From a virus (taxonomy: Duplodnaviria > Caudoviricetes), in the IMG/VR virus record IMGVR_UViG_3300002514_000138, positions 1 through 31,585 of that record: a stretch of 31,585 nucleotides of DNA; one strand, 5' to 3'. Position numbers and translations under genes: made by a program. Positions 18,874 to 26,307 of the stretch are shown one piece after another. The notes beneath the pieces are model-generated. The model searched no databases, was not told the DNA's origin, and saw only the letters and a list, made by a program, of their open reading frames with translations. Position 1 is the first letter of the stretch, and each line of letters begins with the position of its first letter.

Positions 18874-20265
18874 ATGGCCTTTAAAAAGATCGAGCGCGCG
18901 GCCGCACTGATAGAGGTGGGGGAGAGCGACCTAGAAAATCCTTACGGGAGCAATTCGATCCCTCCCCGGGGCAAGTGGCACCAACGTTCATTATATAATC
19001 AACTTCTATACCCCGAATCGTTACCCGAACCTTTGGATACATGGTACGGCAAAATATATTATGGGCGCATAGATCCACAACAAAATATTATTATTCCTAA
19101 AACAAAGTATGTGTCTTCACTGGGCGCCGCCGCCACGTTTGGTTTGCGGATTAATGAAATTGTGGGGAATAATTTTATAGGCTTCGTGAGACATATGCAA
19201 AATGCCAAGGCGGTGGGGGTCCTTCAAACGGACGATGCCAACAGCTACATTTATGATCCCAAGGCATATGAAGGCTATGTTAATCCCTCCACTCAATATG
19301 ATAGTTATATAAAACACCTTTTTGAGTCGTTTAAACAAGCCGTCTCTCCGGCGCAGGAAAATCGCATAGTAGATTTTGCTTCTTTTGTGCCTATATTTAC
19401 ACAGTATTTATCTACGGTTGCAAAGCACTCCCCCATTACTCAAAGCGCTTTTGTTCTGACGCGACTCTGTAACCGGTTCGGGAGTGGTCTTAGTATAGCC
19501 ATTGCGAGGGGCAAACCCGATGAAGATATATATAAATATCGTGAATTTCTTGCAGACCCTAACTTTCCTTTTTATGTGCGTTGTGCCAAAAAATATGGAT
19601 TTCTGGTAAACAAAAATGCCCCATGGGTCCTGACGGCTGATCTGTTTACAACTGCCTTTTTGGAGCGAATGGGCTACTGGCACACCGAAGATTACCAATT
19701 TCTTGATGAAAAGAATTTTTTCCCTTATTATTTCGAGCGTACCTCTAACACCGACATTGGGATACTTAAAAAGTTTTTAGTTAATGCCTACAATATGTTC
19801 GACCAACACCGGCCATGGCGTAAAGATTTAAGTTTCACCCTTAACCCGACCTGCCTGAGAGCGCAGACGAAGATCAAGCGCCCCGGGATCCCTCCCGGCG
19901 AAGAAGGCCTTAAAATGGTAGATACTATTTTGACGGACAAATATTTGCTTAACCTTTATATTGACTTGCGTAGTATAGAAACTAAAAAGCCATTTCGGAT
20001 TAGTAAAAAGTTTCGATATGACGCAGCTGATGCATATCGAACGCCTCGCATTGCAAGTCTTTCTAAATTGCAAAATGCTGCGCGGTGGGTGGGAGAACAG
20101 TTTCGGGATTATATCTATTTTGACAACTATCCTTTTTATGCATCGATGGAAGGCTTGCGATTTATGGAAGAAGGGCTTGACAAAACGAATCAGTCTGATA
20201 CAATGGAGACTGAAGATACTCTAGCGCCTCCTATGGGAAACGGCGACAGTAACGACTCATATTAA
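18874..20265 (+). CDS. Hypothetical protein (last gene of the virion block)
   Basis: 463-aa ORF, aromatic-rich, with no recognised motif. Confidence 0.7.
   Translation: MAFKKIERAAALIEVGESDLENPYGSNSIPPRGKWHQRSLYNQLLYPESLPEPLDTWYGKIYYGRIDPQQNIIIPKTKYVSSLGAAATFGLRINEIVGNNFIGFVRHMQNAKAVGVLQTDDANSYIYDPKAYEGYVNPSTQYDSYIKHLFESFKQAVSPAQENRIVDFASFVPIFTQYLSTVAKHSPITQSAFVLTRLCNRFGSGLSIAIARGKPDEDIYKYREFLADPNFPFYVRCAKKYGFLVNKNAPWVLTADLFTTAFLERMGYWHTEDYQFLDEKNFFPYYFERTSNTDIGILKKFLVNAYNMFDQHRPWRKDLSFTLNPTCLRAQTKIKRPGIPPGEEGLKMVDTILTDKYLLNLYIDLRSIETKKPFRISKKFRYDAADAYRTPRIASLSKLQNAARWVGEQFRDYIYFDNYPFYASMEGLRFMEEGLDKTNQSDTMETEDTLAPPMGNGDSNDSY
20177..20204 (+). promoter_or_regulatory. Sigma70-type promoter for the replication module
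   Basis: TTGACA (20177-20182), 16-nt spacer ending TGA (extended -10), then TACAAT (20199-20204). Lies inside the 3' end of the upstream gene. Confidence 0.7.
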
Positions 20266-20277
20266 AAAGGAAGCACT

Positions 20278-21465
20278 TTGATTTTTCAAGTACTGGATTC
20301 GAAGACAGACTGTATAGGATACTACACCGACAATGCCATACATACCAGGGACCCTCTCCCATACTCGGGAAAGACGTGGGACTTTTCCCCTCACTTGTTG
20401 GGCAATCAGTATGAGTTGGCGCGTTTGTATGCGAAAGGCACCACTCTCACAGACGTATGCCCGTCGCGGTTGCAGCCTGAATGGGAAAAAATTAAGCAGG
20501 AATTGAGAGCCTATCTTAAGGCGTTCCAAACCGCTCGAATCCTAAGCGATGAAAACTGCTTCTATGACATACTACCAGAGTACTTTTTATTTCAGTATTT
20601 GGCAGTGAAGAATAAAATTACGGAACACGTATTGGATACCCACCCCCGGCCACGAAATTATGACTCTATGTATAATTTGGTGAAGATGCTCGCCGACATC
20701 CGATCGCGCCAAATGAGGATCGATATAAGGCCGATCCAGCACTTACTCAGCTCCGTGCGGGGAAAGAATTTTTATCGTACTTTGCAAAGCGTGAAACATG
20801 TGTGTGATTATAACCCATGGGGGACCGTAACCGGTCGCTTGGCCACAAATCCCAACAGCTTCCCCCTCCTCACAATGAACAAGGAGTTTCGCGCGTGTAT
20901 AAAACCAACGAACGACTGGCTGCTGGAACTAGATTTTAACGCGGCAGAGTTGCGGGTGCTGTTGGCGCTTGCTGGTGTTGAGCAGCCAAAGAACGATATC
21001 CATAACTGGAATGTAAAGAACATTTTTGATGGTAAGTTGACTCGCGAAGAGGCCAAAGTAAAAACCTTCGCATGGTTGTATTCTGCCAAGGAAAACAAGG
21101 ACCTACAGCGTCTTTATAATAAGGAGTTGGTGCGAAATAAGTATTGGAATGGCTTCAAAATTGAGACAGATTATGGTAGAATTATAGAGAATGTAGATGA
21201 GCACCACGCGCTGAATTACATCGTTCAAAGCACCACCATTGATATGGTGCACGAACAGGCTTATAAAGTTTACGAGCTTTTAAAGGGGAGGAAAAGCCAC
21301 ATTTCATTTCTTATTCACGATGCGGTGTACATCGATCTGGCCGAGGAAGATCGGTACGAAATCTTAAATTTACTTGACACCTTTAAGAAAACGCGTTATG
21401 ATCTATTCAAAGTGAATGTTTCGGTGGGGAGAACCCTGGGAGAAATGAAGGCTCTTAAGTTATGA
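20278..21465 (+). CDS. polA: Miniaturised family A DNA polymerase-like protein
   Basis: TVTGRL, motif A LDFNAAELR, motif B REEAK...F..LY, ALNYIVQST and motif C IHDAVYID. Only 395 aa. TTG start with an AAAGGAA RBS. Confidence 0.8.
   Translation: MIFQVLDSKTDCIGYYTDNAIHTRDPLPYSGKTWDFSPHLLGNQYELARLYAKGTTLTDVCPSRLQPEWEKIKQELRAYLKAFQTARILSDENCFYDILPEYFLFQYLAVKNKITEHVLDTHPRPRNYDSMYNLVKMLADIRSRQMRIDIRPIQHLLSSVRGKNFYRTLQSVKHVCDYNPWGTVTGRLATNPNSFPLLTMNKEFRACIKPTNDWLLELDFNAAELRVLLALAGVEQPKNDIHNWNVKNIFDGKLTREEAKVKTFAWLYSAKENKDLQRLYNKELVRNKYWNGFKIETDYGRIIENVDEHHALNYIVQSTTIDMVHEQAYKVYELLKGRKSHISFLIHDAVYIDLAEEDRYEILNLLDTFKKTRYDLFKVNVSVGRTLGEMKALKL
21374..21402 (+). promoter_or_regulatory. Sigma70-type promoter
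   Basis: TTGACA (21374-21379), 17 nt, TATGAT (21397-21402), upstream of 21462. Confidence 0.6.
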
Positions 21466-21782
21466 AAAAGCATTATTATAAACTTGTTCGAGATCGAATT
21501 CCGGAAATAATTGAAGCCGACGGAAAAGTGTGCGAAGTTTATCGCGCCAGCCCAGGCGGTGAATTGCGTGGATATGGACTTATGAAGCTTCGGGAAGAGG
21601 TCCAAGAATTTGTGGAGAACCCCTCGGCAGAAGAAGCCGCAGATATTCTTGAAGTTTTGACTTTTATATGCGACCGTGAGGGGATTACTCCGGGCGCCAT
21701 TAAGGCCGCGCGCATCTCAAAGCGCGTAAGCAGGGGTGGCTTTGATATGGGCATGATTTTGGGATGGGTAGAGGAAGAATGA
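21462..21782 (+). CDS. MazG-superfamily all-alpha NTP pyrophosphatase (phosphoribosyl-ATP pyrophosphohydrolase-like)
   Basis: Y.KLVRDRIPEII and KL.EEV.EF......EE.ADILEV acidic motifs. ATGA overlap with polA. Confidence 0.85.
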   Translation: MKKHYYKLVRDRIPEIIEADGKVCEVYRASPGGELRGYGLMKLREEVQEFVENPSAEEAADILEVLTFICDREGITPGAIKAARISKRVSRGGFDMGMILGWVEEE

Positions 21783-22630
21783 TAATTTTGGGCCTAGGCA
21801 CCCCCGGAACCAATGTAGCCCAGGTGTTTTCTAAATACCCTCAGTATACCACCTATAGCATTGATACCCATAAAAGTGCAGATATTACTATCAAACAAAG
21901 AAACAGTCATGAGGAATACGATAAACATTTTCCTTCTCTCAAGCGCAAATTAAACTTTGCGGATGAGGAGGTGTGCATAGTGGTCTGCGGTGTAAGTCAA
22001 ATCTCGGGTGGGGTGCTTAGATTATTAGAACAAATTAAGAATAACCGACTCACTGTTCTTTATATCCAGCCGGATCTGACACTAGCAAGCGAGGTACAGA
22101 AAAAACAAGAGCGTGTAGTGCGCAACGTGCTTCAGGAATATGCCCGCTCTGGGCTCTTAGAGCGTATCTATTTGGTAGATAATGTCCTCTTGGAAAGGGG
22201 GATTGGCGACGTGCCGATTCGTGGTTACTATAATATACTCAATCAGGCTATTGTTAACACCCTCCACATGGTTAATGTTTTTATGAACAGCGCCCCTGTT
22301 ATTGGTAATTTTATTGAGCCTGCCTCCGTTAGCCGCATTGCGACATTGGGGATCCTTGACGTTGATGAAGAAAAAGAAAAATGGTTTTATAGCTTGACAC
22401 GGCCGAGGGATGTGGTATACTATTATGGTATTGGGGATGAGGACTTGAAACAAGACGGTAGCCTGTTCCGTAAAATTACGGACTATGTTAAGGCGCAAGT
22501 CGCCGACGATGTTAATATTTCATATGGTGTTTTTGAAACAAGCTATGACCAAAAATATTGCTATTGCATTAAGTATTCATCTATGGTACAATCGTTCATA
22601 GAACTACTAGACGATCAGGATATTGGCTGA
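21779..22630 (+). CDS. Divergent tubulin/FtsZ-superfamily protein (PhuZ/TubZ-like)
   Basis: N-terminal IILGLGTPGTNVA T1-like loop, degenerate signature CGVSQISGG, VLYIQP, LVDN and YY..LNQAI. ATG 21779 overlaps the upstream TGA and follows GAGGA. Confidence 0.6.
   Translation: MIILGLGTPGTNVAQVFSKYPQYTTYSIDTHKSADITIKQRNSHEEYDKHFPSLKRKLNFADEEVCIVVCGVSQISGGVLRLLEQIKNNRLTVLYIQPDLTLASEVQKKQERVVRNVLQEYARSGLLERIYLVDNVLLERGIGDVPIRGYYNILNQAIVNTLHMVNVFMNSAPVIGNFIEPASVSRIATLGILDVDEEKEKWFYSLTRPRDVVYYYGIGDEDLKQDGSLFRKITDYVKAQVADDVNISYGVFETSYDQKYCYCIKYSSMVQSFIELLDDQDIG
22394..22421 (+). promoter_or_regulatory. Sigma70-type promoter (distal, upstream of ssb)
   Basis: TTGACA (22394-22399), 16 nt ending TGG, TATACT (22416-22421). 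Confidence 0.65.
22564..22592 (+). promoter_or_regulatory. Sigma70-type promoter (proximal, upstream of ssb)
   Basis: TTGCAT (22564-22569), 17 nt ending TGG, TACAAT (22587-22592). The predicted start near 22599 is just before the structured leader. Confidence 0.55.
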
Positions 22631-22650
22631 TCGTACTTTAGCCCAACTAT
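22611..22650 (+). promoter_or_regulatory. Structured ssb mRNA leader (hairpin, candidate H-type pseudoknot)
   Basis: Perfect stem ACGATCAG/CTGATCGT. The loop ATATTGG is complementary to downstream CCAA(C)TAT, which abuts the AAGGAG RBS. Confidence 0.5.
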
Positions 22651-22663
22651 AAGGAGATAAAAA

Positions 22664-23434
22664 ATGGGTATTAATTTAGACAAGATGAGAGAAAAGCTCT
22701 CGTCACTACGTGGAGACGGTAACTCAAATGACACTTTTTGGCGCCCCGACGACGGGGACCAGACTATTCGAATCGTTCCGACGGCAGACGGCGATCCCTT
22801 CAAGGAGATGTGGTTTCACTACAACATCGAGAAGGGCGGCTTTCTGTGTCCCAAGCGCAACTACAGCGACGAGTGTCCTGTATGTGAGTTCGCCTCACAG
22901 CTGTGGCGCGAGGGAGTCGACAACAACGACGACCACAGCAAGAAGACTGCAAAGTCTCTCTTCGTGCGACAGCGCTTCTTCAGCCCCGTGATGGTCCGCG
23001 GTGAAGAAGAGAAGGGCGTGCGTGTGTGGGGTTACGGCAAGACTGCCTACGAGAACCTCCTAACGCTCGTGCTTAATCCGGAGTATGGTGATATCACCGA
23101 CACCGAGACGGGTACCGACCTGCAGATGACCTACGGAAAGCCTCCGGGCGCTTCCTTCCCCCAGACAAAGCTCGTGCCTCGACGCCGATCGTCCCCGCTC
23201 TGCGAGGACCTGACGCCTGAGAAGTGCGCAGAGCTTCTTGACAGCATTCCAGATTTCACTGGATTGTTCGAGCGAAAGGCGACCAGTGATGTCCAGACTA
23301 TTCTCGACACTTTCGTTAACGCACAGGTTGATGATCCCGAGACGGTTAGTAGCGAAACCGAGAAGTATGGAAAGACCACAGATGGCGAAGCTAACGCTGT
23401 TGATGCGGCTTTCGCAGAGCTAGGCGCTCTTTAA
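22664..23434 (+). CDS. ssb: Single-stranded DNA-binding protein, T4 gp32-like
   Basis: FWRP..G...IRIVP, H...CP.....CPVC Zn site, GVRVW.YGK..Y, DITD.ETG.D and an acidic tail ending AFAEL. Strong C-ending codon bias. Confidence 0.85.
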   Translation: MGINLDKMREKLSSLRGDGNSNDTFWRPDDGDQTIRIVPTADGDPFKEMWFHYNIEKGGFLCPKRNYSDECPVCEFASQLWREGVDNNDDHSKKTAKSLFVRQRFFSPVMVRGEEEKGVRVWGYGKTAYENLLTLVLNPEYGDITDTETGTDLQMTYGKPPGASFPQTKLVPRRRSSPLCEDLTPEKCAELLDSIPDFTGLFERKATSDVQTILDTFVNAQVDDPETVSSETEKYGKTTDGEANAVDAAFAELGAL

Positions 23435-23442
23435 TATCCCCC

Positions 23443-23475
23443 CCACAGGGAGGCCTAGGGTTACCAGGGGTCTCA
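23443..23475 (+). repeat. Structured intergenic element, copy 1
   Basis: CCACAGGGAGGCCTAGGGTTACCAGGGGTCTCA with a GAGGCC/GGTCTC stem, directly before an AAAGGAA RBS. Confidence 0.75.
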
Positions 23476-23493
23476 CAATAGAAAGGAAGAGTT

Positions 23494-23682
23494 ATGACTA
23501 CTGATACAAGCCGTCTAGAACAACTGATTACCATTCTTGAGGAAACTCGGGACGATCACGACAAGTTCTTCAGCAACGGAAACAATGCTGCTGGAACCCG
23601 TGTTCGTAAGGCAATGCAGGAAGTAAAGACGTTAGCACAGGAACTCCGTACCGAGGTCCAAGAGACCAAGAATTCGGGTTAA
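23494..23682 (+). CDS. Histone H1-like Hc1-family small protein
   Basis: 62 aa with KF...GN.AAGTRVRKAMQE.K.LAQE.R motif, as in the conserved core of Hc1-like proteins. Confidence 0.7.
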   Translation: MTTDTSRLEQLITILEETRDDHDKFFSNGNNAAGTRVRKAMQEVKTLAQELRTEVQETKNSG

Positions 23683-23692
23683 ACTCTGACAG

Positions 23693-23724
23693 CCGCAGGG
23701 AGGCCCGGGGATACAGGGGTCTCA
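23693..23724 (+). repeat. Structured intergenic element, copy 2
   Basis: CCGCAGGGAGGCCCGGGGATACAGGGGTCTCA, with the same stem and the same position before an AAAGGAA RBS. Confidence 0.75.
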
Positions 23725-23742
23725 AATTAAAAAGGAAAAAAA

Positions 23743-24228
23743 GTGGAAAACATTGTAGAAACATTAAAAGAGTTGAATGTGGGATCGGATGATTATGTGT
23801 ATCTCAACTATGAAGATAGCGCAGAAGTGTGGCACATTTCTGACGACTATATTGAGGGTGCCCTGAGGGACACCGACACAGTTGGAATGCTAGCGGCCCT
23901 TTTGGCCACGCCGGGTATCACGGTATTATCGCGTTATGAAGAAGATATTCTGGGTACAATGCGAGACGAAGGACTGTTGGAGGACTATGATCGAGCCGAT
24001 TGGTTTGAAGACTATCTCGCCGAGAAGATTCAACAGGAAGCTTATCAATATGATTTGCTCACCATTTCTACGGAGCGACATGATCATAAGCGCGGCACCT
24101 GTGAGATTTCTTCAAACGTCAAGGTTCTTGCGGGCGAGCTATATCAGCTCGGGACTGCGGCTGATTCTTTCGTTGCCGGCTTTGATATTGTAATTCAGAC
24201 CAACGCTGGCACTCTTACGCTAGCTTGA
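23743..24228 (+). CDS. Highly acidic hypothetical protein
   Basis: 161 aa, GTG start with RBS. About 33 D/E versus about 10 K/R by hand count. Confidence 0.7.
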   Translation: MENIVETLKELNVGSDDYVYLNYEDSAEVWHISDDYIEGALRDTDTVGMLAALLATPGITVLSRYEEDILGTMRDEGLLEDYDRADWFEDYLAEKIQQEAYQYDLLTISTERHDHKRGTCEISSNVKVLAGELYQLGTAADSFVAGFDIVIQTNAGTLTLA

Positions 24229-24253
24229 AGAATACAGAAAGGAAACGGATTCA

Positions 24254-25375
24254 ATGGCGAAGAGTAAATCAAAAGCCGGCAAGATTTCAATTGACGGCTT
24301 AAGAACTCTTATCAATAAGACCTCGGGCCTGGAGGTAGCCCACAATTTAAACAAAGCTAACCCAACAGAAGTAAAAGAATGGATCCCAACTGGCTCGCGC
24401 TGGCTGGATTCTATTGTTTGTAGGGGCCAGCTTGGCGGCATTCCCATCGGTAAGTTCACAGAGATTGCCGGTCTGGAGTCAACTGGCAAATCGTTCATGG
24501 CCGCACAGATTGCCGGCAATGCCCAGAAGATGGGAATGACCGTTATCTATATGGACTCCGAGTCAGCAATTGACCCGGGCTTTCTTGAGCGCGCCGGGTG
24601 CGACATAGATGAACTTATCTATGTTCAGGCCCAGTCCGTTGAGCATGTGTTGGAAACCATTGAAAACGTTTTGAAGTCCGGGGCCGAAAGAACCTTGTTC
24701 ATCTGGGACTCGCTGGCTATGACCCCAACCATTACGGATGTGGAAGGAGACTTCAATCCTCAGTCCACCATGGCTATGAAGGCACGCATTCTGTCAAAGG
24801 GAATGTCTAAGTTAACTATCCCCATCGCGAATACCAAGTCTGCCTTCCTGGTTCTCAACCAGTTGAAGACTAATATCCCACAGGGACCGAACGCACGCAT
24901 CGTCGCAATGACGACTCCGTTCATCACCCCCGGCGGCAAGGCTATGCATTATGTATATTCTCTACGGGTGTGGCTCACCGGCCGCAAGGCGAAGTCTGCT
25001 TTCATCGAGGATGAGAGTGGTTTCCGCATTGGCTCCGAGGTTAAGGTTAAACTTGAGAAGTCCCGCTTCGGAACGCAGGGGCGCAACTGTGCCTTCAAGA
25101 TTCTGTGGGGCACCGACGCTGTGGGCATTCAGGATCAAGAGAGTTGGCTCGAAGCTATCAAGGGCTCCGACAATCTCAAGCAAGCAGGCGCATGGTTCTC
25201 CCTAGTCTACAAGGACGGCACTGAAGAGAAATTCCAGAGCGCTCATTGGACTTCTAAATTGGAAGACAAGAAGTTTAAGAACCGAGTGCTTGAGATTATG
25301 GATGAAGAGATTATTCGTAAGTTCGACACGCGCGAGGGCAGCGCTGAAGATTTCTACGACGTAGATAGCAAATAA
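24254..25375 (+). CDS. recA: RecA/UvsX recombinase
   Basis: IPTGS..LD, GG.P.G...EI.G, Walker A GLESTGKS, YMDSE.A.D, Walker B FIWDS, NQLK and TPGGKA. Confidence 0.95.
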   Translation: MAKSKSKAGKISIDGLRTLINKTSGLEVAHNLNKANPTEVKEWIPTGSRWLDSIVCRGQLGGIPIGKFTEIAGLESTGKSFMAAQIAGNAQKMGMTVIYMDSESAIDPGFLERAGCDIDELIYVQAQSVEHVLETIENVLKSGAERTLFIWDSLAMTPTITDVEGDFNPQSTMAMKARILSKGMSKLTIPIANTKSAFLVLNQLKTNIPQGPNARIVAMTTPFITPGGKAMHYVYSLRVWLTGRKAKSAFIEDESGFRIGSEVKVKLEKSRFGTQGRNCAFKILWGTDAVGIQDQESWLEAIKGSDNLKQAGAWFSLVYKDGTEEKFQSAHWTSKLEDKKFKNRVLEIMDEEIIRKFDTREGSAEDFYDVDSK

Positions 25376-25376
25376 G

Positions 25377-25384
25377 ACTATTTA
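25377..25384 (+). promoter_or_regulatory. Putative late-promoter motif ACTATTTA inside the replication module
   Basis: Exact octamer just after the recA stop and upstream of the GAGGAG RBS (25397-25402). Confidence 0.65.
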
Positions 25385-25410
25385 TTATACGTCCACGAGG
25401 AGAAACAGTG

Positions 25411-26292
25411 ATGAGCAAATATTCCCGTTATAACAGCCACCAGTTAATTATGGAGAACTGGCGCAGGTATCTAGCTGAAGAGGAGGACCCCCCCTCCAAC
25501 CAGGCCGCGTCGCCCGCATCAGGATTGCAGATAACGGATCAAACAAGTTTTAAAGTATTTGACGGAAAGCCAGAATTAGCCTTGCAAGTAATAAATGAGC
25601 TACTTCGAGGCGGCGATTTGTTTAAACAGTTACAGGCTGCACAGGGAGACTACCCCAGTGACTTCGAAAAACTGAAAAAATGGGTCGCTTCTATCGGGGG
25701 CCCCGAAGTGTTTGCCAAGCGCGCCGCCGCCATTGGTGCAAAAATTCCCGATAAGGGTCTCCCCAAAAGCGAAATGCCTTTTCTTCCGGGTCCCGACGAT
25801 GCGGTTGGAGATGTTAAAGATGTGGAGGATGCGTTAAAGCCCGGCGGCAAGTACAACGTCGATATGATAGAGCGCGCGGATGCACCGGGCCCCAATAGTT
25901 TTATAGGAATGGACTCAGAGGAGGCCAAAGCCTTTATGACAGGAGGCCATGCCGAGAAAGATGGGGACCCTAAAGACGATGATCTCGGAATTGTAAGGCA
26001 GGGCCAGTTCGCGGCGGCGAAGGGGATCCCCACACAGACCAATATTCTTTTGCCCAAGGCTTTGGGGATGGCTATTAATGGCGTCGCGGGTGGCATGCTC
26101 GGCGCTTATGCCTCCATGGAGGGTCATATATTGGATGGGCATCATCGCTGGGCCGCGACTATGTTAAACAACCCTACGGCTCAAATCGGAACTTTTGCCA
26201 TGATCGATTTAAAAAAGCTCGGAGCCGTCCGGACACTACAATATTTGACAGCCATCGGCAATGCTCTCGGAAACAAGACCAAAACGGCATAA
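25411..26292 (+). CDS. ParB/Srx-like domain protein, candidate internal virion protein
   Basis: C-terminal IPTQTNI and HILDGHHRWAA motifs; N-terminal LIMENWRRYLAEEE. Start is ATG 25411 or GTG 25408. Confidence 0.6.
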   Translation: MSKYSRYNSHQLIMENWRRYLAEEEDPPSNQAASPASGLQITDQTSFKVFDGKPELALQVINELLRGGDLFKQLQAAQGDYPSDFEKLKKWVASIGGPEVFAKRAAAIGAKIPDKGLPKSEMPFLPGPDDAVGDVKDVEDALKPGGKYNVDMIERADAPGPNSFIGMDSEEAKAFMTGGHAEKDGDPKDDDLGIVRQGQFAAAKGIPTQTNILLPKALGMAINGVAGGMLGAYASMEGHILDGHHRWAATMLNNPTAQIGTFAMIDLKKLGAVRTLQYLTAIGNALGNKTKTA

Positions 26293-26307
26293 GCTCAAAC
26301 TAAACCC

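Noticed and set aside
20278-21782. PolA next to a MazG-like gene as a Z-genome (DpoZ/MazZ/PurZ) cluster
   Set aside because: No PurZ-like or DatZ HD-phosphatase gene in the window, and the pyrophosphatase has the common KLVRD house-cleaning motif.
21779-22630. Tubulin-like gene as evidence of a nucleus-forming jumbo phage
   Set aside because: No chimallin-like or multisubunit RNA polymerase gene is visible, and the virion genes are T4-type.
23443-23724. The two repeats as a CRISPR array or as terminators
   Set aside because: Only two imperfect copies separated by a whole gene, with no cas genes and no U-tract.
24291-24320. TTGACG near the start of recA as a promoter
   Set aside because: No acceptable -10 hexamer at 16-18 nt spacing.
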